From: Octopus bimaculoides
Taxonomy: Eukaryota
Direction: 5' to 3'
Assembly (NCBI RefSeq): GCF_001194135.2
Contig: NC_069002.1
Coordinates: 26,687,337-26,723,702 of the forward strand
Length of the DNA: 36,366 nucleotides
Below the pieces are notes generated by a model that worked only from the letters and a program-made list of their open reading frames with translations, was not told where the DNA came from and searched no databases. This document shows, piece by piece, positions 11,222 to 21,930 of the stretch. The first letter of the stretch is position 1; each line of letters opens with the position of its first letter. Position numbers and translations under genes: made by a program.

Positions 11222-11416
11222 CTTGAGATAGACTTATGTGAGTGCGACTGACTTGAGTGTGACTCATGTGAGTGTGATAACATGAATGTAGCAGATATAA
11301 GTCTGACTGACTTGTGTGTGATTGGCATGAGTGTAACTTGCATAAGTTTAACTGGCTTGAGGGTGACTCACATGAGTGCAAATGTCACGAGAGGGATTCC
11401 CATGAACATGATGTGC
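11222..11416. repeat. Degenerate 15-bp minisatellite, about 13 units (consensus about cwtgagtgtgactsr)
   Basis: Units cttgagatagactta, tgtgagtgcgactga, cttgagtgtgactca, ... catgagtgtaacttg, cttgagggtgactca, catgagtgcaaatgt. Confidence 0.8.
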
Positions 11417-11443
11417 GTCACACAAAAGTGGTTGAAAGGTGCT

Positions 11444-11842
11444 GGCATGGCTGTGTGGTAAGAAGCTTGCTTCCCAACCACATGGTTCCAAGTTCAATCC
11501 CACTGCATGGCACCTTGGGCAAGTGTCTTCCACTATAGCCTCAGGCCAACCAAAGCCTTTGTAAATAGATTTGGTTGATGGAAATTGAAAGAAGCTCCTC
11601 GTATATGTGTGTGTGTGCATGTGTATCTTTGTGTCTGTATGTATCTCCCACTACTATTTGACAGCCGGTGTTGGTGTGTTTACATCCCCATAACTTAGCA
11701 GTTCAGCAAAAGAGACTGATAGAACAAATACCAGGCTTAAAAGAAAAATAAGTGCTGGCATCAATTCATTCAACTAAGAATTCTTCAAGGCAGTGCCCCA
11801 GCATGGCCACACTCTTACGACTTAACAAGAAAAAGATAAAAG
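11444..11842 (+). mobile_element. SINE family A, full length
   Basis: Head ggcatggctgtgtggtaagaagcttgcttcccaaccacatggttcc, plus family A body and 3' end. Confidence 0.9.
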
Positions 11843-11971
11843 ACAGAAAGTAGTGAGTTATTGTGTGTGAGTGCCATATTGTAGTCACCGTTGACACAAT
11901 CAAATGGTAAGGAAATAAACGCCATCTTGAAATGCCAAATATGGAGTGGTATAAAGTTAATTCATTTTAAA

Positions 11972-12340
11972 GGCACAACCATGGCCATGTGGTAAGAAGC
12001 TTGCTTCCCAACCACATGGTTTTGGGTTCAGTCCCACTGTGAAGCGCCTTGGACATGCATCTTCTGTTATAACCCTGGGTCGACAAAAGCCTCATGAGTG
12101 GATTTGGTAGAAGGAAATCTAAAGAAGCTCATCGTATGTATATATGTGTGTGTTCGTGTGTGTCTTTTTCTTGACGTCATGTGATAGTTGTAAATGAGTG
12201 TCACTGTTCTACAAGCAGTGTTACTCTTGAGAACAGCTGAGGGTTGGTGACAGGAAGGACATCCGGCCATAGAAAACCTGCATCACTAAACTCCATCCAA
12301 CTTATGCAAACATGGGAAAATGGACCTTAAAACGACGACG
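11972..12340 (+). mobile_element. SINE with a family A tRNA head joined to the RTE-type (family C) 3' tail, followed by (GAT)n to about 12405
   Basis: The 5' 170 bp matches the family A head. After the GT run it switches to gatagttgtaaatgagtgtcac...ggtgacaggaaggacatcc...catccaacttatgc.aacatggg.aaatggac.ttaaa.cgacgacgatg. Confidence 0.8.
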
Positions 12341-12648
12341 ATGACGACAGTGATGATGATGATAATGGTGGTGATGATGATGATAACGGCGATGATAAAG
12401 ATGATCCATTATTGGTTTTGTTGTGCTGTTGTCATTGTTATTGTTCTTTTACTGTCAAAGATGGTAAACTAGAAGAATCTGTTTAATAAAGAACCGCTGT
12501 GAGGCTAAAGATAAGAGATAATTATCAGAAATCAACTGTATAAGCGATGGCATTTAGATGAGTAGTTCCTGTGCAAAGTACATAACTTCCTTTGAAAGAT
12601 CAACTCTCCCGATCTATGTCAGTTAAACTTGTCTCTCATTCCCTCTTT

Positions 12649-12704
<56 letters not shown>

Positions 12705-13055
12705 NNNNNNNNNNNNNNNNNNNNNNNNNNNNNNNNNNNNNNNNNNNNNNNNNNNNNNNNNNNNNNNNNNNNNNNNNNNNNNNNNNNNNNNNNNNNNNNN
12801 NNNNNNNNNNNNNNNNNNNNNNNNNNNNNNNNNNNNNNNNNNNNNNNNNNNNNNNNNNNNNNNNNNNNNNNNNNNNNNNNNNNNNNNNNNNNNNNNNNNN
12901 NNNNNNNNNNNNNNNNNNNNNNNNNNNNNNNNNNNNNNNNNNNNNNNNNNNNNNNNNNNNNNNNNNNNNNNNNNNNNNNNNNNNNNNNNNNNNNNNNNNN
13001 NNNNNNNNNNNNNNNNNNNNNNNNNNNNNNNNNNNNNNNNNNNNNNNNNNNNNNN

Positions 13056-13091
<36 letters not shown>

Positions 13092-13728
13092 CTGGGCTAA
13101 TAGTGAGGGATTAGCAATCCAGGCAAAATACTTCATAAGTTCTCTGTTAGTACACCTGGCTAACAATATTTTTTAAGATTAGTGAAGAACTCCATGTGTT
13201 CTTGTGGTAGGGTCCTAGTTGATGGCTCATCACAATTCTGTTTTGTAAATCCATGGATGGGTTCCAGACAAACAGGTTTTTACACAAAGTGATATATAAG
13301 ACAAGGTATAAATAATGGTCATGACATATTTTTCCTTTATTAGAGCAACTGTGGCTTACAGCTGTTTCCAGTAATTATTATAGGTTCGTTATTGATAGGT
13401 TTATTCACTTGATCTATATTGATCAACCTAAAAAAAATTAATGTTACTTTCATCAGAGTCATTTCAGAAAAATATGTAATAACCATTATTTATACCTTGT
13501 CTTTATATATAGATAGATAGATAGATAGATAGATATGGATAGATATATAGATAGACAGACATCATCGTTTAATATCCGCCTTCCATACTGGCATATATAT
13601 ATATATACATACACACAGGAATATATATGTACATATATATATATACACACACATATTCACATATATATATATATATACACACACTTATATATGTACATCT
13701 ATACACACTCACACACACACACACACAC

Positions 13729-13783
<55 letters not shown>

Positions 13784-14052
13784 TCTATATATACATACAC
13801 ACTCTCACACAAGTATAAATATTCAACGTTGCCGGTAATAAATATTTATTTGCTGTCCTTTATCTTCACAGCTATCCCAGATTTGTAACATATTTCCACC
13901 GTTAAAAGTGAAATATTTGCCAAAAACCATTCATATTTGCACCAATAGTGCTTGCTTCACCATAGTCACCTTTTAAAACTCTAAATAGCAGGACTGCTTT
14001 CTACCTATTCACCAATATTGGGGTAAATTTATCTCTTCTGATTCCAAGTATT

Positions 14053-14490
14053 TTAAACCTTTTTGATACTAACTCACCAGAAACCGTGCTTGCTTCTATG
14101 ATGCAAATTTTCTAGTCTAAAGTGATCTAAAAACCTTCCATCAAAATTTCCTGCTAATTTATGTTCTAAACACCAGCTTAATAATGACAAAGTTAATTTA
14201 TGAAATTCTTTGTTATTTTCAAAATTTATTGGAAGAAAGACAGAGTATTTTAAGAGAAATTTGGTAACAAAAGGATTAACTCTTTTGATACTGATCTGCC
14301 TGAAGCTGGTCCTCGCTCTGTGTTACAGGATTCCTGTTTTAAAGTGATGTGAATTAAAATTTCCCATCAAAATTTCATGTTCTGTTTTAAGCTCCTGCTT
14401 CATAACGAAGAAGTTATTTTACGTAATTACTCTTCATTTTCAAAATTAATTGAGACAAATCCTGTGTATTTCAAGAGAAATATGGTAAAT
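14053..14490 (+). mobile_element. Head-to-tail dimer of the approximately 225-bp TTAA-ended MITE-like repeat
   Basis: ttaa-accttttgatact...ggtaacaaaagga-TTAA(14276-14279)-ctcttttgatact...; both units share internal motifs (ccatcaaaattt, aaagtgat, caaaatt.attg, aagagaaat.tggtaa). Confidence 0.75.
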
Positions 14491-15635
14491 GGTATTGTTT
14501 TAGCACCAATACATGGATGATTGCAGATGTTATTTTGAAACAGATCAAACCAGAAGCTGAAAATGTCATTTAAACATTTGTGGCTTTTCTTGTGTGATTT
14601 GAAAGTTCCAGAAATGTTCTCATCTTCAAAGCACATTGATAACAGTGAAATCTACCATATGTACCAATATCTAGGCTACATGAGAATTTCCTACTGAAAG
14701 GAAAAGAAGTAGATATTCACCAAATCTACTTTTTAACGGAGATGAATGTGGGTTACTTTGAATGTGTTTATTCACTGAAAATTTTATCTCATGGGAGGGA
14801 AAATGCACCAAGATATAAAAACAGTAAAACATAAAAAAAATTTTAAAAAGTAAAAGAAATATCATCTCATGTTGTCTGGAGCAAATGCCATTGGGGACTT
14901 GAAACTTAAACTAAGTTTACCATTCTGGTACTCCAAGAACAGTATCTTCAAATATAGCTAATTTAAAGGAAATGTAAGAGGAAATCTTGGGTTTCATAGA
15001 ATTTATTTGTTGAATGTTTCTGCTCTGCTGTCAAATTTTATTGTGAGAAGGATAATTTCAAGCCAAAGGCATGTTCTGCTCTTAGACAATGTTCCTGGTC
15101 ATTCTTCAAATCCCCACTCACTCCAAACATGTGTATGTGCGTACATGCATACAGCTACAGCCTGTGGCTCAGGAGTTACTTCTATTTTCAAGGAATATCT
15201 TCTTCGAAGAACTTTCAAATCACATGATTACAGTAGCCAAATGATGGATATCAGTCTGTCAAAGAATTCTGATAAAAATTACATTATGGAAGCAATAAAA
15301 AATATTAAGGATATTTTGGAAGAAGTTAAACATAAATGTCTCCTTGAGGCTTGGACATAACTGTATTCAAATGGAGTTATGAACAACCTCGGTGGAAAAA
15401 CAAGAAGCTGCAATTATGAAAAGAAATATATATTTACTTCAAATAGAGTTGGCCTACGTAGATACAAAACAGAAATTCCTTGATAAAAAATTGTATGTAA
15501 TTCAAAGAAATAAATACCGGACAGAAACAGGAATGCATAAATGGTGCGGGAATGTGGCATTTAATGAATTTGCTCCGAGTGGTATTCAAGATTTATTGCA
15601 TGTTTTATCGGAACCTTCAGCTATGAAGACTTTAA

Positions 15636-16121
15636 CCCTTTGGTATCTAATCCAACTAAAAGTATTCTACATAAAAGAATTTCTTGTTAAAAATGGTCAA
15701 ATCCGACCTCTCTCACCTACCCTACAATGTCACTCTTAAAATAAATGATCATACCGTTCAAATCTGGAAGCTTTGAGATAATACATGATTAATTTCAAAC
15801 AGTGTGGATAAGTAAGGATTACATGTGACGGAGGAATACTTTTTTACCTTTTAGCTCCTTGCCTCTGTGGGGCTCAACACTCAAGAGGTGCTTATAATGC
15901 CCAAGGTCTCAGCCATTGCCTCTGTGAAGCCCAACATTTGAAAGGAGCTCAGTCTCGATCCTTGCCTCCTTTCTGTCTACCAAATCCACTCACAAAGCTT
16001 TGGTCAGCCTGATGTTATAGTAGAAGACACTTGCTCAAGGTGCCATGCAGTAGGACTGAACCCAGAACCATGTGGTTGGGAAGCAAACTTCTTACCACAC
16101 TGTAATCTGAATGTTGAAGGG
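15636..16121. mobile_element. piggyBac-like MITE (CCCTT...AAGGG ends) with TTAA TSD, inserted in the Tigger relic
   Basis: TTAA at 15632-15635, then CCCTT; AAGGG, then TTAA at 16122-16125. Tigger-like coding sequence lies on both sides. Confidence 0.85.
15837..16100 (-). mobile_element. SINE (family A head with a different 3' body) nested in the TTAA MITE
   Basis: 15965-16100 is the reverse complement of the family A head (ctaccaaatccactcacaaagctttggtc...gggaagcaaacttcttaccacac). The MITE sequence resumes at gtaatctgaatg. Confidence 0.8.
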
Positions 16122-16289
16122 TTAAAAAGATAACAGAAATGCAAATATCTTCTTCAAGCAGCAAAAAAAAAAACAGATGCTTCCAAAAGCTTTAGTGAAA
16201 TATTTAATGCTTTGGAAGAATATTTGGAAAATGGTTCAAATGATGGAGGAAACATGGAATTCTCAAAGATCTGTAATGGTCACCAAATT

Positions 16290-16507
16290 GTTTTCCTTTA
16301 TCTTTTGCTTGTTTCAGACATTGGACTGTGGCCATGCTGGAGCACTGCCTTGAAGTGTTTAGTTGGCACCAGTGCTTAGTTTTTAAAGTCTGGTACTTAT
16401 TTGCCAAACTGCTGAGTTACAGGGGTGTAAACTAACTAAAACTGGCTATCAAGCAACGGGGGAGACAAACAGACACACACACACATGTACGTATATAAAT
16501 AGTGCAT

Positions 16508-16544
<37 letters not shown>

Positions 16545-16548
16545 ATAT

Positions 16549-16581
<33 letters not shown>

Positions 16582-16772
16582 TCATACATATTTGTATACA
16601 CACACACACACACATACAACATGCTGCTTTTAGTTTCTGTCTACTAAATCCACTGACAAGGCTTTAGTCATCCTGGGGCCCTAGTAGAAGACACTTGCCC
16701 AGGCTACCACACAATGGGACTGAACCTTAAACCATGTGGTCAGGAAGCAAGCTTGTTTCTACGCAACCATGC
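16290..16772 (-). mobile_element. SINE family A, full length, with an expanded internal microsatellite
   Basis: Reverse complement of the family A 3' end (cttttgcttgtttcagacattggactgtggccatgctggagcac) through the head (ggaagcaagcttg...caaccatgc). Confidence 0.85.
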
Positions 16773-16785
16773 AAAGGAGGAATTA

Positions 16786-17232
16786 CAGGTCGTTGTTGAC
16801 TTACAACCTCTCCAACTTATGACCGATCGACATTATGACAATTGGCACGCCAGCTCCTGGCAGCAACAATAAACAATCCAGTTGAAATCCAATGGGTTTA
16901 ATTTCTTAGAAATTAACCCATCTATGGATGATGTCAGGTATCAAATGCTTCTCCTAGGTTTGGTTATTGATTGCCACTGTGTTAGATGACTAACCTGTCG
17001 CGGAGACATCGAGGCAACCTCGTATTTGTTTATAAGACGACTGCTTGAGAATCTGAAATTTTTGACTAACACCAGTATAATAATATAATACAGAATGTTG
17101 TGTGTGACTTTTACCTGAGAATGTACCTTAAGAATGTACCTTAAAAATATAAAACAAAGCTATGTAGGTCTATTGGCCAACTTACGACCAGTCAGTCAGA
17201 GCCAATTGTGGTCGTAAGTTGACGATGACCTG
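16786..17232. mobile_element. Tigger/pogo-type MITE, 447 bp, TA TSD, TIRs of about 23 bp
   Basis: TA|caggtcgttgttgacttacaacc ... ggtcgtaagttgacgatgacctg|TA. The reverse complement of the right end is caggtcatcgtcaacttacgacc. Subterminal aactta(c/t)gacc repeats at both ends. Confidence 0.85.
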
Positions 17233-17354
17233 TAGAAGTTTGTAAGGAGAAAACAAATCAGTTGACAGTCAATGCCCCACGTTTTAAAAAGATAACCTTC
17301 TTACAGAATCAATAATACCATTTGACATCTTGTGGTACCGCATATAAGCTAGTC

Positions 17355-17545
17355 TTTCTTTTATTTGTTTCAGTCATTTGCCTTTAGTCAAGTAAATCAA
17401 CCCCAGGACTTATTCTTTGTAAGCCTAGTATTTATTCTATCAGTCTCTTTTGCTGACCCACTCAGTTACAGGAACGTTAGCACAGCAGCTTCGGTTGTCA
17501 GGCGATGTTGGAAGGACAAACAGACACACAAACACACATGCATAT
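17355..17545 (-). mobile_element. SINE family A 3' half, cut by a gap
   Basis: Reverse complement of the family A 3' body; the internal AT run leads into the N gap. Confidence 0.85.
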
Positions 17546-18251
17546 ATATATATATATATATATANNNNNNNNNNNNNNNNNNNNNNNNNNNNNNNNNNNN
17601 NNNNNNNNNNNNNNNNNNNNNNNNNNNNNNNNNNNNNNNNNNNNNNNNNNNNNNNNNNNNNNNNNNNNNNNNNNNNNNNNNNNNNNNNNNNNNNNNNNNN
17701 NNNNNNNNNNNNNNNNNNNNNNNNNNNNNNNNNNNNNNNNNNNNNNNNNNNNNNNNNNNNNNNNNNNNNNNNNNNNNNNNNNNNNNNNNNNNNNNNNNNN
17801 NNNNNNNNNNNNNNNNNNNNNNNNNNNNNNNNNNNNNNNNNNNNNNNNNNNNNNNNNNNNNNNNNNNNNNNNNNNNNNNNNNNNNNNNNNNNNNNNNNNN
17901 NNNNNNNNNNNNNNNNNNNNNNNNNNNNNNNNNNNNNNNNNNNNNNNNNNNNNNNNNNNNNNNNNNNNNNNNNNNNNNNNNNNNNNNNNNNNNNNNNNNN
18001 NNNNNNNNNNNNNNNNNNNNNNNNNNNNNNNNNNNNNNNNNNNNNNNNNNNNNNNNNNNNNNNNNNNNNNNNNNNNNNNNNNNNNNNNNNNNNNNNNNNN
18101 NNNNNNNNNNNNNNNNNNNNNNNNNNNNNNNNNNNNNNNNNNNNNNNNNNNNNNNNNNNNNNNNNNNNNNNNNNNNNNNNNNNNNNNNNNNNNNNNNNNN
18201 NNNNNNNNNNNNNNNNNNNNNNNNNNNNNNNNNNNNNNNNNNNNNNNNNNN

Positions 18252-18282
<31 letters not shown>

Positions 18283-18404
18283 AAGGATATGTTCTCTATG
18301 TGGTCTGCTTGTTTTTTGTACCTTGTTTATCATTTTGTCTATGTCTTTTTGCAACGTCATGTACCAAGATATGTATCTATATGTACATGTAGATGAAGGT
18401 AAAC

Positions 18405-18615
18405 GTTAGCTGGCAGAAACGTTAGCACGCCGGGCGAAATGCTTAGCGGTATTTCTGAGTTCAAATTCCGCCGAGGTTGACTTTGCCTTTCATTCTTTCG
18501 GGGTCGATTAAATAAGTACCAGTTACGAACTGGGGTCGATATAATCGACTTCATCCGTTTGTCTGTCCTTGTTTGTCCCCTCTGTGTGTAGCCCCTTGTG
18601 GGTAGTAAAGAAATA
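18405..18615 (+). mobile_element. SINE family B (CpG-retaining, small internal deletion, alternative 3' end)
   Basis: gctggcagaaacgttagcacgccgggcgaaatgcttagcgg...gactttgcctttcatt.tttcggggtcga...tagccccttgtgggtagtaaagaaata. Confidence 0.9.
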
Positions 18616-18650
18616 ACACATGTACATATATATGCATATACTCATATATT

Positions 18651-18691
<41 letters not shown>

Positions 18692-18844
18692 AATAGACAC
18701 ATACATCAGAGAAAGATAGCTACATAAGAAAATACCACCATCATCATCATCGTCATCATCTTTGTTATAGTCATCAGTAATTTGTAGTATAAGTAGGTTT
18801 TAAGGTGGTAAGATATCATATTTAAGCGGTCATAATTACACGAA

Positions 18845-18846
18845 TA

Positions 18847-18878
<32 letters not shown>

Positions 18879-18920
18879 GGCGAGGGCAATGATGATGTTG
18901 ATGATGATGATGATGACATG
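18845..18920. repeat. (GAT)n tract
   Basis: Seen directly. Confidence 0.95.
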
Positions 18921-19324
18921 ATAATCTTTATATATAGATATGTAATATTTGCCTTCAGGGCCCATTAATACCAACAGAAACATGTTCCAAGCAGGTTAGA
19001 GGATGTGTAAAGATGTACACAGACTTATAATGTTAGAAAGGAAGGGGGTGGGGGGGACATAATGTGATATGTTGGAACATATTAAAAAATGCTAAATAAA
19101 CAGAGATAAATTACCAAAGACAAATATATGTATCTGTATATGTGTGTGTGTGTGTGTAGATATGAATGAGTGTGTATATGCATGTAGGATTATATATATT
19201 TATATACGTATATGTATATGTACATATGTATGTATCGTGTGTGTGTGTATGTACATGTGTATCATATGTACATACACATGGTTACACATATATGTATATA
19301 CCCATATGTATGTATGTATGTGTT

Positions 19325-19372
<48 letters not shown>

Positions 19373-20011
19373 TATATATATATAAAAATAAATATGTATG
19401 TATATGTATACACACACACATACACACATAAATTGATATAAAATAAATACGAACAAATATGATTAGGCCACTGATGCGCGACTGAGAAGCCGACAGTGAG
19501 ATGAAGGGAGCACCCTTTCACTCTGATCATCTTCCATTTATGGAAAGGTTCCAACGAACCCCTTGGCTCTTCTACAAGACAAGAATCCTGCCATGCCATC
19601 TGGGTAGAGCCCATCTCCTCCTCATATCCATACACTGTTCCTGTTCTTCAGTTCCAGTAGTTCTTGGGCTATTTTTAAGGAATGTAAAATTTCCTGCCAT
19701 TCTTCGGTTCCTTCTATTTTTCATATTTCTCTTCAGTTTCAAATTGCATTTTGTAAAAAAAAAATATAAAAACTTATTTAGTCACTACTTCATCTGATAG
19801 TTTTTTTTTTCTACTTTTAGATATTTTTTATTTTGTTTTTAATTGTTTTTTCTCCATTTCTTTACTGGGTCATCTAAATCTTTACAAGGGAATTTGGTAG
19901 ACGGAAACTGAAAATAATGGCATCCAGCTGTAGAAACCATGGGAAAAAAGGGCTGCTGCTGATAGTGGTGGTGGTGATGGTAGTGCTGCTGCTGCTGTTG
20001 TTGTTGTTGTC

Positions 20012-20242
20012 CAAGGGCCTTTTTAGTGGGATGGGCTACTCAACCTGAAGAAAATTCTAACTGGGCCCCACCTGCAAGGTCATGCGGTGTTTATTTTGAT
20101 TTGAGATCATCATGTCGCACACACATGGTTGTGATGCATGTGCCTGGTGTACCCTTATCAGACGGGTAGTCATGATGGGTATAATGGGCTTCATATATCT
20201 TACCCCAGCGTCACTTTGATGGCATACTCTGCTCTCTCACTC
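20012..20242 (+). mobile_element. Truncated copy of the (AAT)n-ended non-LTR-like repeat
   Basis: Matches 27070-27295 (gctactc.acctgaagaaaattct...gtacccttatcag.cgggtagtca...cactttgatggcat...ctctcactc), followed by (AAT)n. Confidence 0.85.
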
Positions 20243-20298
20243 AATAATAATAATAATGATATCATTAGTATATATATATATATGTGTGTGATTATATA

Positions 20299-20695
20299 GG
20301 CATGGCTGTGTCAACCCCAACCACATAGTTTCAGGTTCAATCTACTGTATGGCACCTTGGGCAAGAGTTTTCTACTATATCTATGCATGTGTCTCTGTGT
20401 TTGTCTCCATGTTTGTTCCCCATCCCCACTTGACAACCAGTGTTGGTGTGTTTACGTCCCTGTAACTTAGCAGTTTGGCAAAAGAAACCGATAGAATAAG
20501 TACCCGGTTTTTAAAAAAAAAGTACTCGGGTCAATCTGTTCAACTAAAATTCTTCAAGGTGGTGCTCCAACATGGCCACAGTCTACTGACTGAAACAAGT
20601 AAAGGAAATAAAAGAAATTATTATGTAGCCTCAGACCAACCAAAGCCTTATGAGTGGATTTGGTAGACGGAAACTGAAAGAAGCCCGTCGTATAT
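20299..20695 (+). mobile_element. SINE family A with internal deletions, plus an adjacent head fragment (20624-20695)
   Basis: Family A head, body and 3' end, followed by a second tagcctcagaccaaccaaagcc...gaaactgaaagaagcccgtcgt segment. Confidence 0.85.
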
Positions 20696-20700
20696 ATATA

Positions 20701-20767
<67 letters not shown>

Positions 20768-20854
20768 CCCTCCCACTGCACAGAAACCTGCCCTGCCTGC
20801 ACCCTGCTAACTCTCTGATCTCCTCAAAGGCTGTGGTTCTGCAGACTGCATGGT

Positions 20855-21055
20855 GACCTCAGTAATGCAGGTGGCACGGAAAACTATATAAATAAAAAGA
20901 AAAAGCACCTGGTTTGCGCTGTAAACTGGTAGGCATTTGGAAGGGCATCCAGCCATAAAAGAGACCATGAGAACACAGGTACCAGAGTTCAATGCAGTCT
21001 TCGGACATACCGATTCCAGTCAAACCAGCATGGAACATGGACATTAAATAATGAT
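20855..21055 (+). mobile_element. Degenerate RTE-tail SINE (family C type) 3' end
   Basis: ggaagggcatccagccataaaa...ccagcatggaacatggacattaaataatgataatg. Confidence 0.7.
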
Positions 21056-21305
21056 AATGATGGTGGTGGTGGTGGTGCTGCTGCTGATGGTCTTGGTGGT
21101 GGTGGTAATGATGATGCTGATGATGATGTGGTGGTGGTGTCAATGTGGATGACGATGATGGTTGTGGATGATGATGATAACAATGGTGATGATGATGATG
21201 ATGATAATGGTTTTAGGGGTGGTAATGACGATGATGATGATGATAATGTTTGTGAATGCTGATGATGATGATGAATGATGGTTGTGGATGCTGGTGATGA
21301 TGACA
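21050..21305. repeat. (GAT/GGT)n compound trinucleotide tract
   Basis: Seen directly. Confidence 0.95.
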
Positions 21306-21382
21306 ATGACTTAGCTCATATCCAACACCTCCCTCTGATGTGCAACTCTAGCAAAAAACTTTTGTTATTGCTTTTGTTGTAG

Positions 21383-21454
21383 AAATGTCGGTTATTGCTG
21401 CTTTGCCAAAGTGCCAAAGTGTAAGACTGCATTGACATACACACCGGTTCTGAG
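21383..21454 (+). CDS. Candidate 72-nt internal exon (NVGYCCFAKVPKCKTALTYTPVL), product unknown
   Basis: Strong acceptor ttttgttattgcttttgttgtag| and donor GAG|gtttgt (alternative donor |gtaaga at 21421). No recognised homolog. Confidence 0.15.
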
Positions 21455-21699
21455 GTTTGTCATTGTTTTGTCTGTGTGTGTGTGTTTTATTTTGGTTTTT
21501 TTTTTGCAAAAATGAAAATGACTGAATTAACATGTCGCTTAAATGTCATTATTTTTCCTATGTTTCTGTGTATTTCAAAAAAACAAAAAAAATATCTTGT
21601 TCACTTGTCGCTTCATTGAAACTGCCATATGTCTGTCTGGCACCTCTCCACCTCTGCTTCAGAAGAAGGAGGAGGAGGAGTAGAAGCCATGTTAAAACA

Positions 21700-21930
21700 T
21701 CATTGTTGTTGTCATTATCACCATCAATCTAATATCACTGCCATTGTTACTGCCATCATCAGTACCATCACCATCATCATCACCATCATCACTACCACAA
21801 CCATCATCATCATCACTACTATCATCATTCTCATCGTCATCACTACCACCACCACCACCATGATCATCATCATCATCATCACCACCACCACCACCACCAT
21901 CATCACCATCATCATCACCATCACCACCCT
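21700..21930. repeat. (CAT/CAC/ACC)n compound trinucleotide tract
   Basis: Seen directly. Confidence 0.95.

Larger units (their letters stand above)
14495..16290 (+). mobile_element. Decayed pogo/Tigger-family DDE transposase gene, interrupted by insertions
   Basis: Ordered motifs: FNGDECGLL (14732-14758, cf. FNxDETGLFW), LMLSGANAIGDLKLK (about 14866-14910, cf. LLGxNAxGDFKLKP), VLLLDNVPGH (15072-15101), FKEYLLRRTF, IMEAIKNIKDILEEVKHKCLLEAW, IQDLLHVLSEP, and after the insertion SKSFSEIFNALEEYLE. Many stops and frameshifts. Confidence 0.85.

Noticed and set aside
19460-19760. Protein-like minus-strand stretch (EGTEEWQEILHSLKIAQELLELKNRNS)
   Set aside because: No pyrimidine tract at the acceptor, stops in neighbouring sequence and no recognisable family; could be a decayed element.
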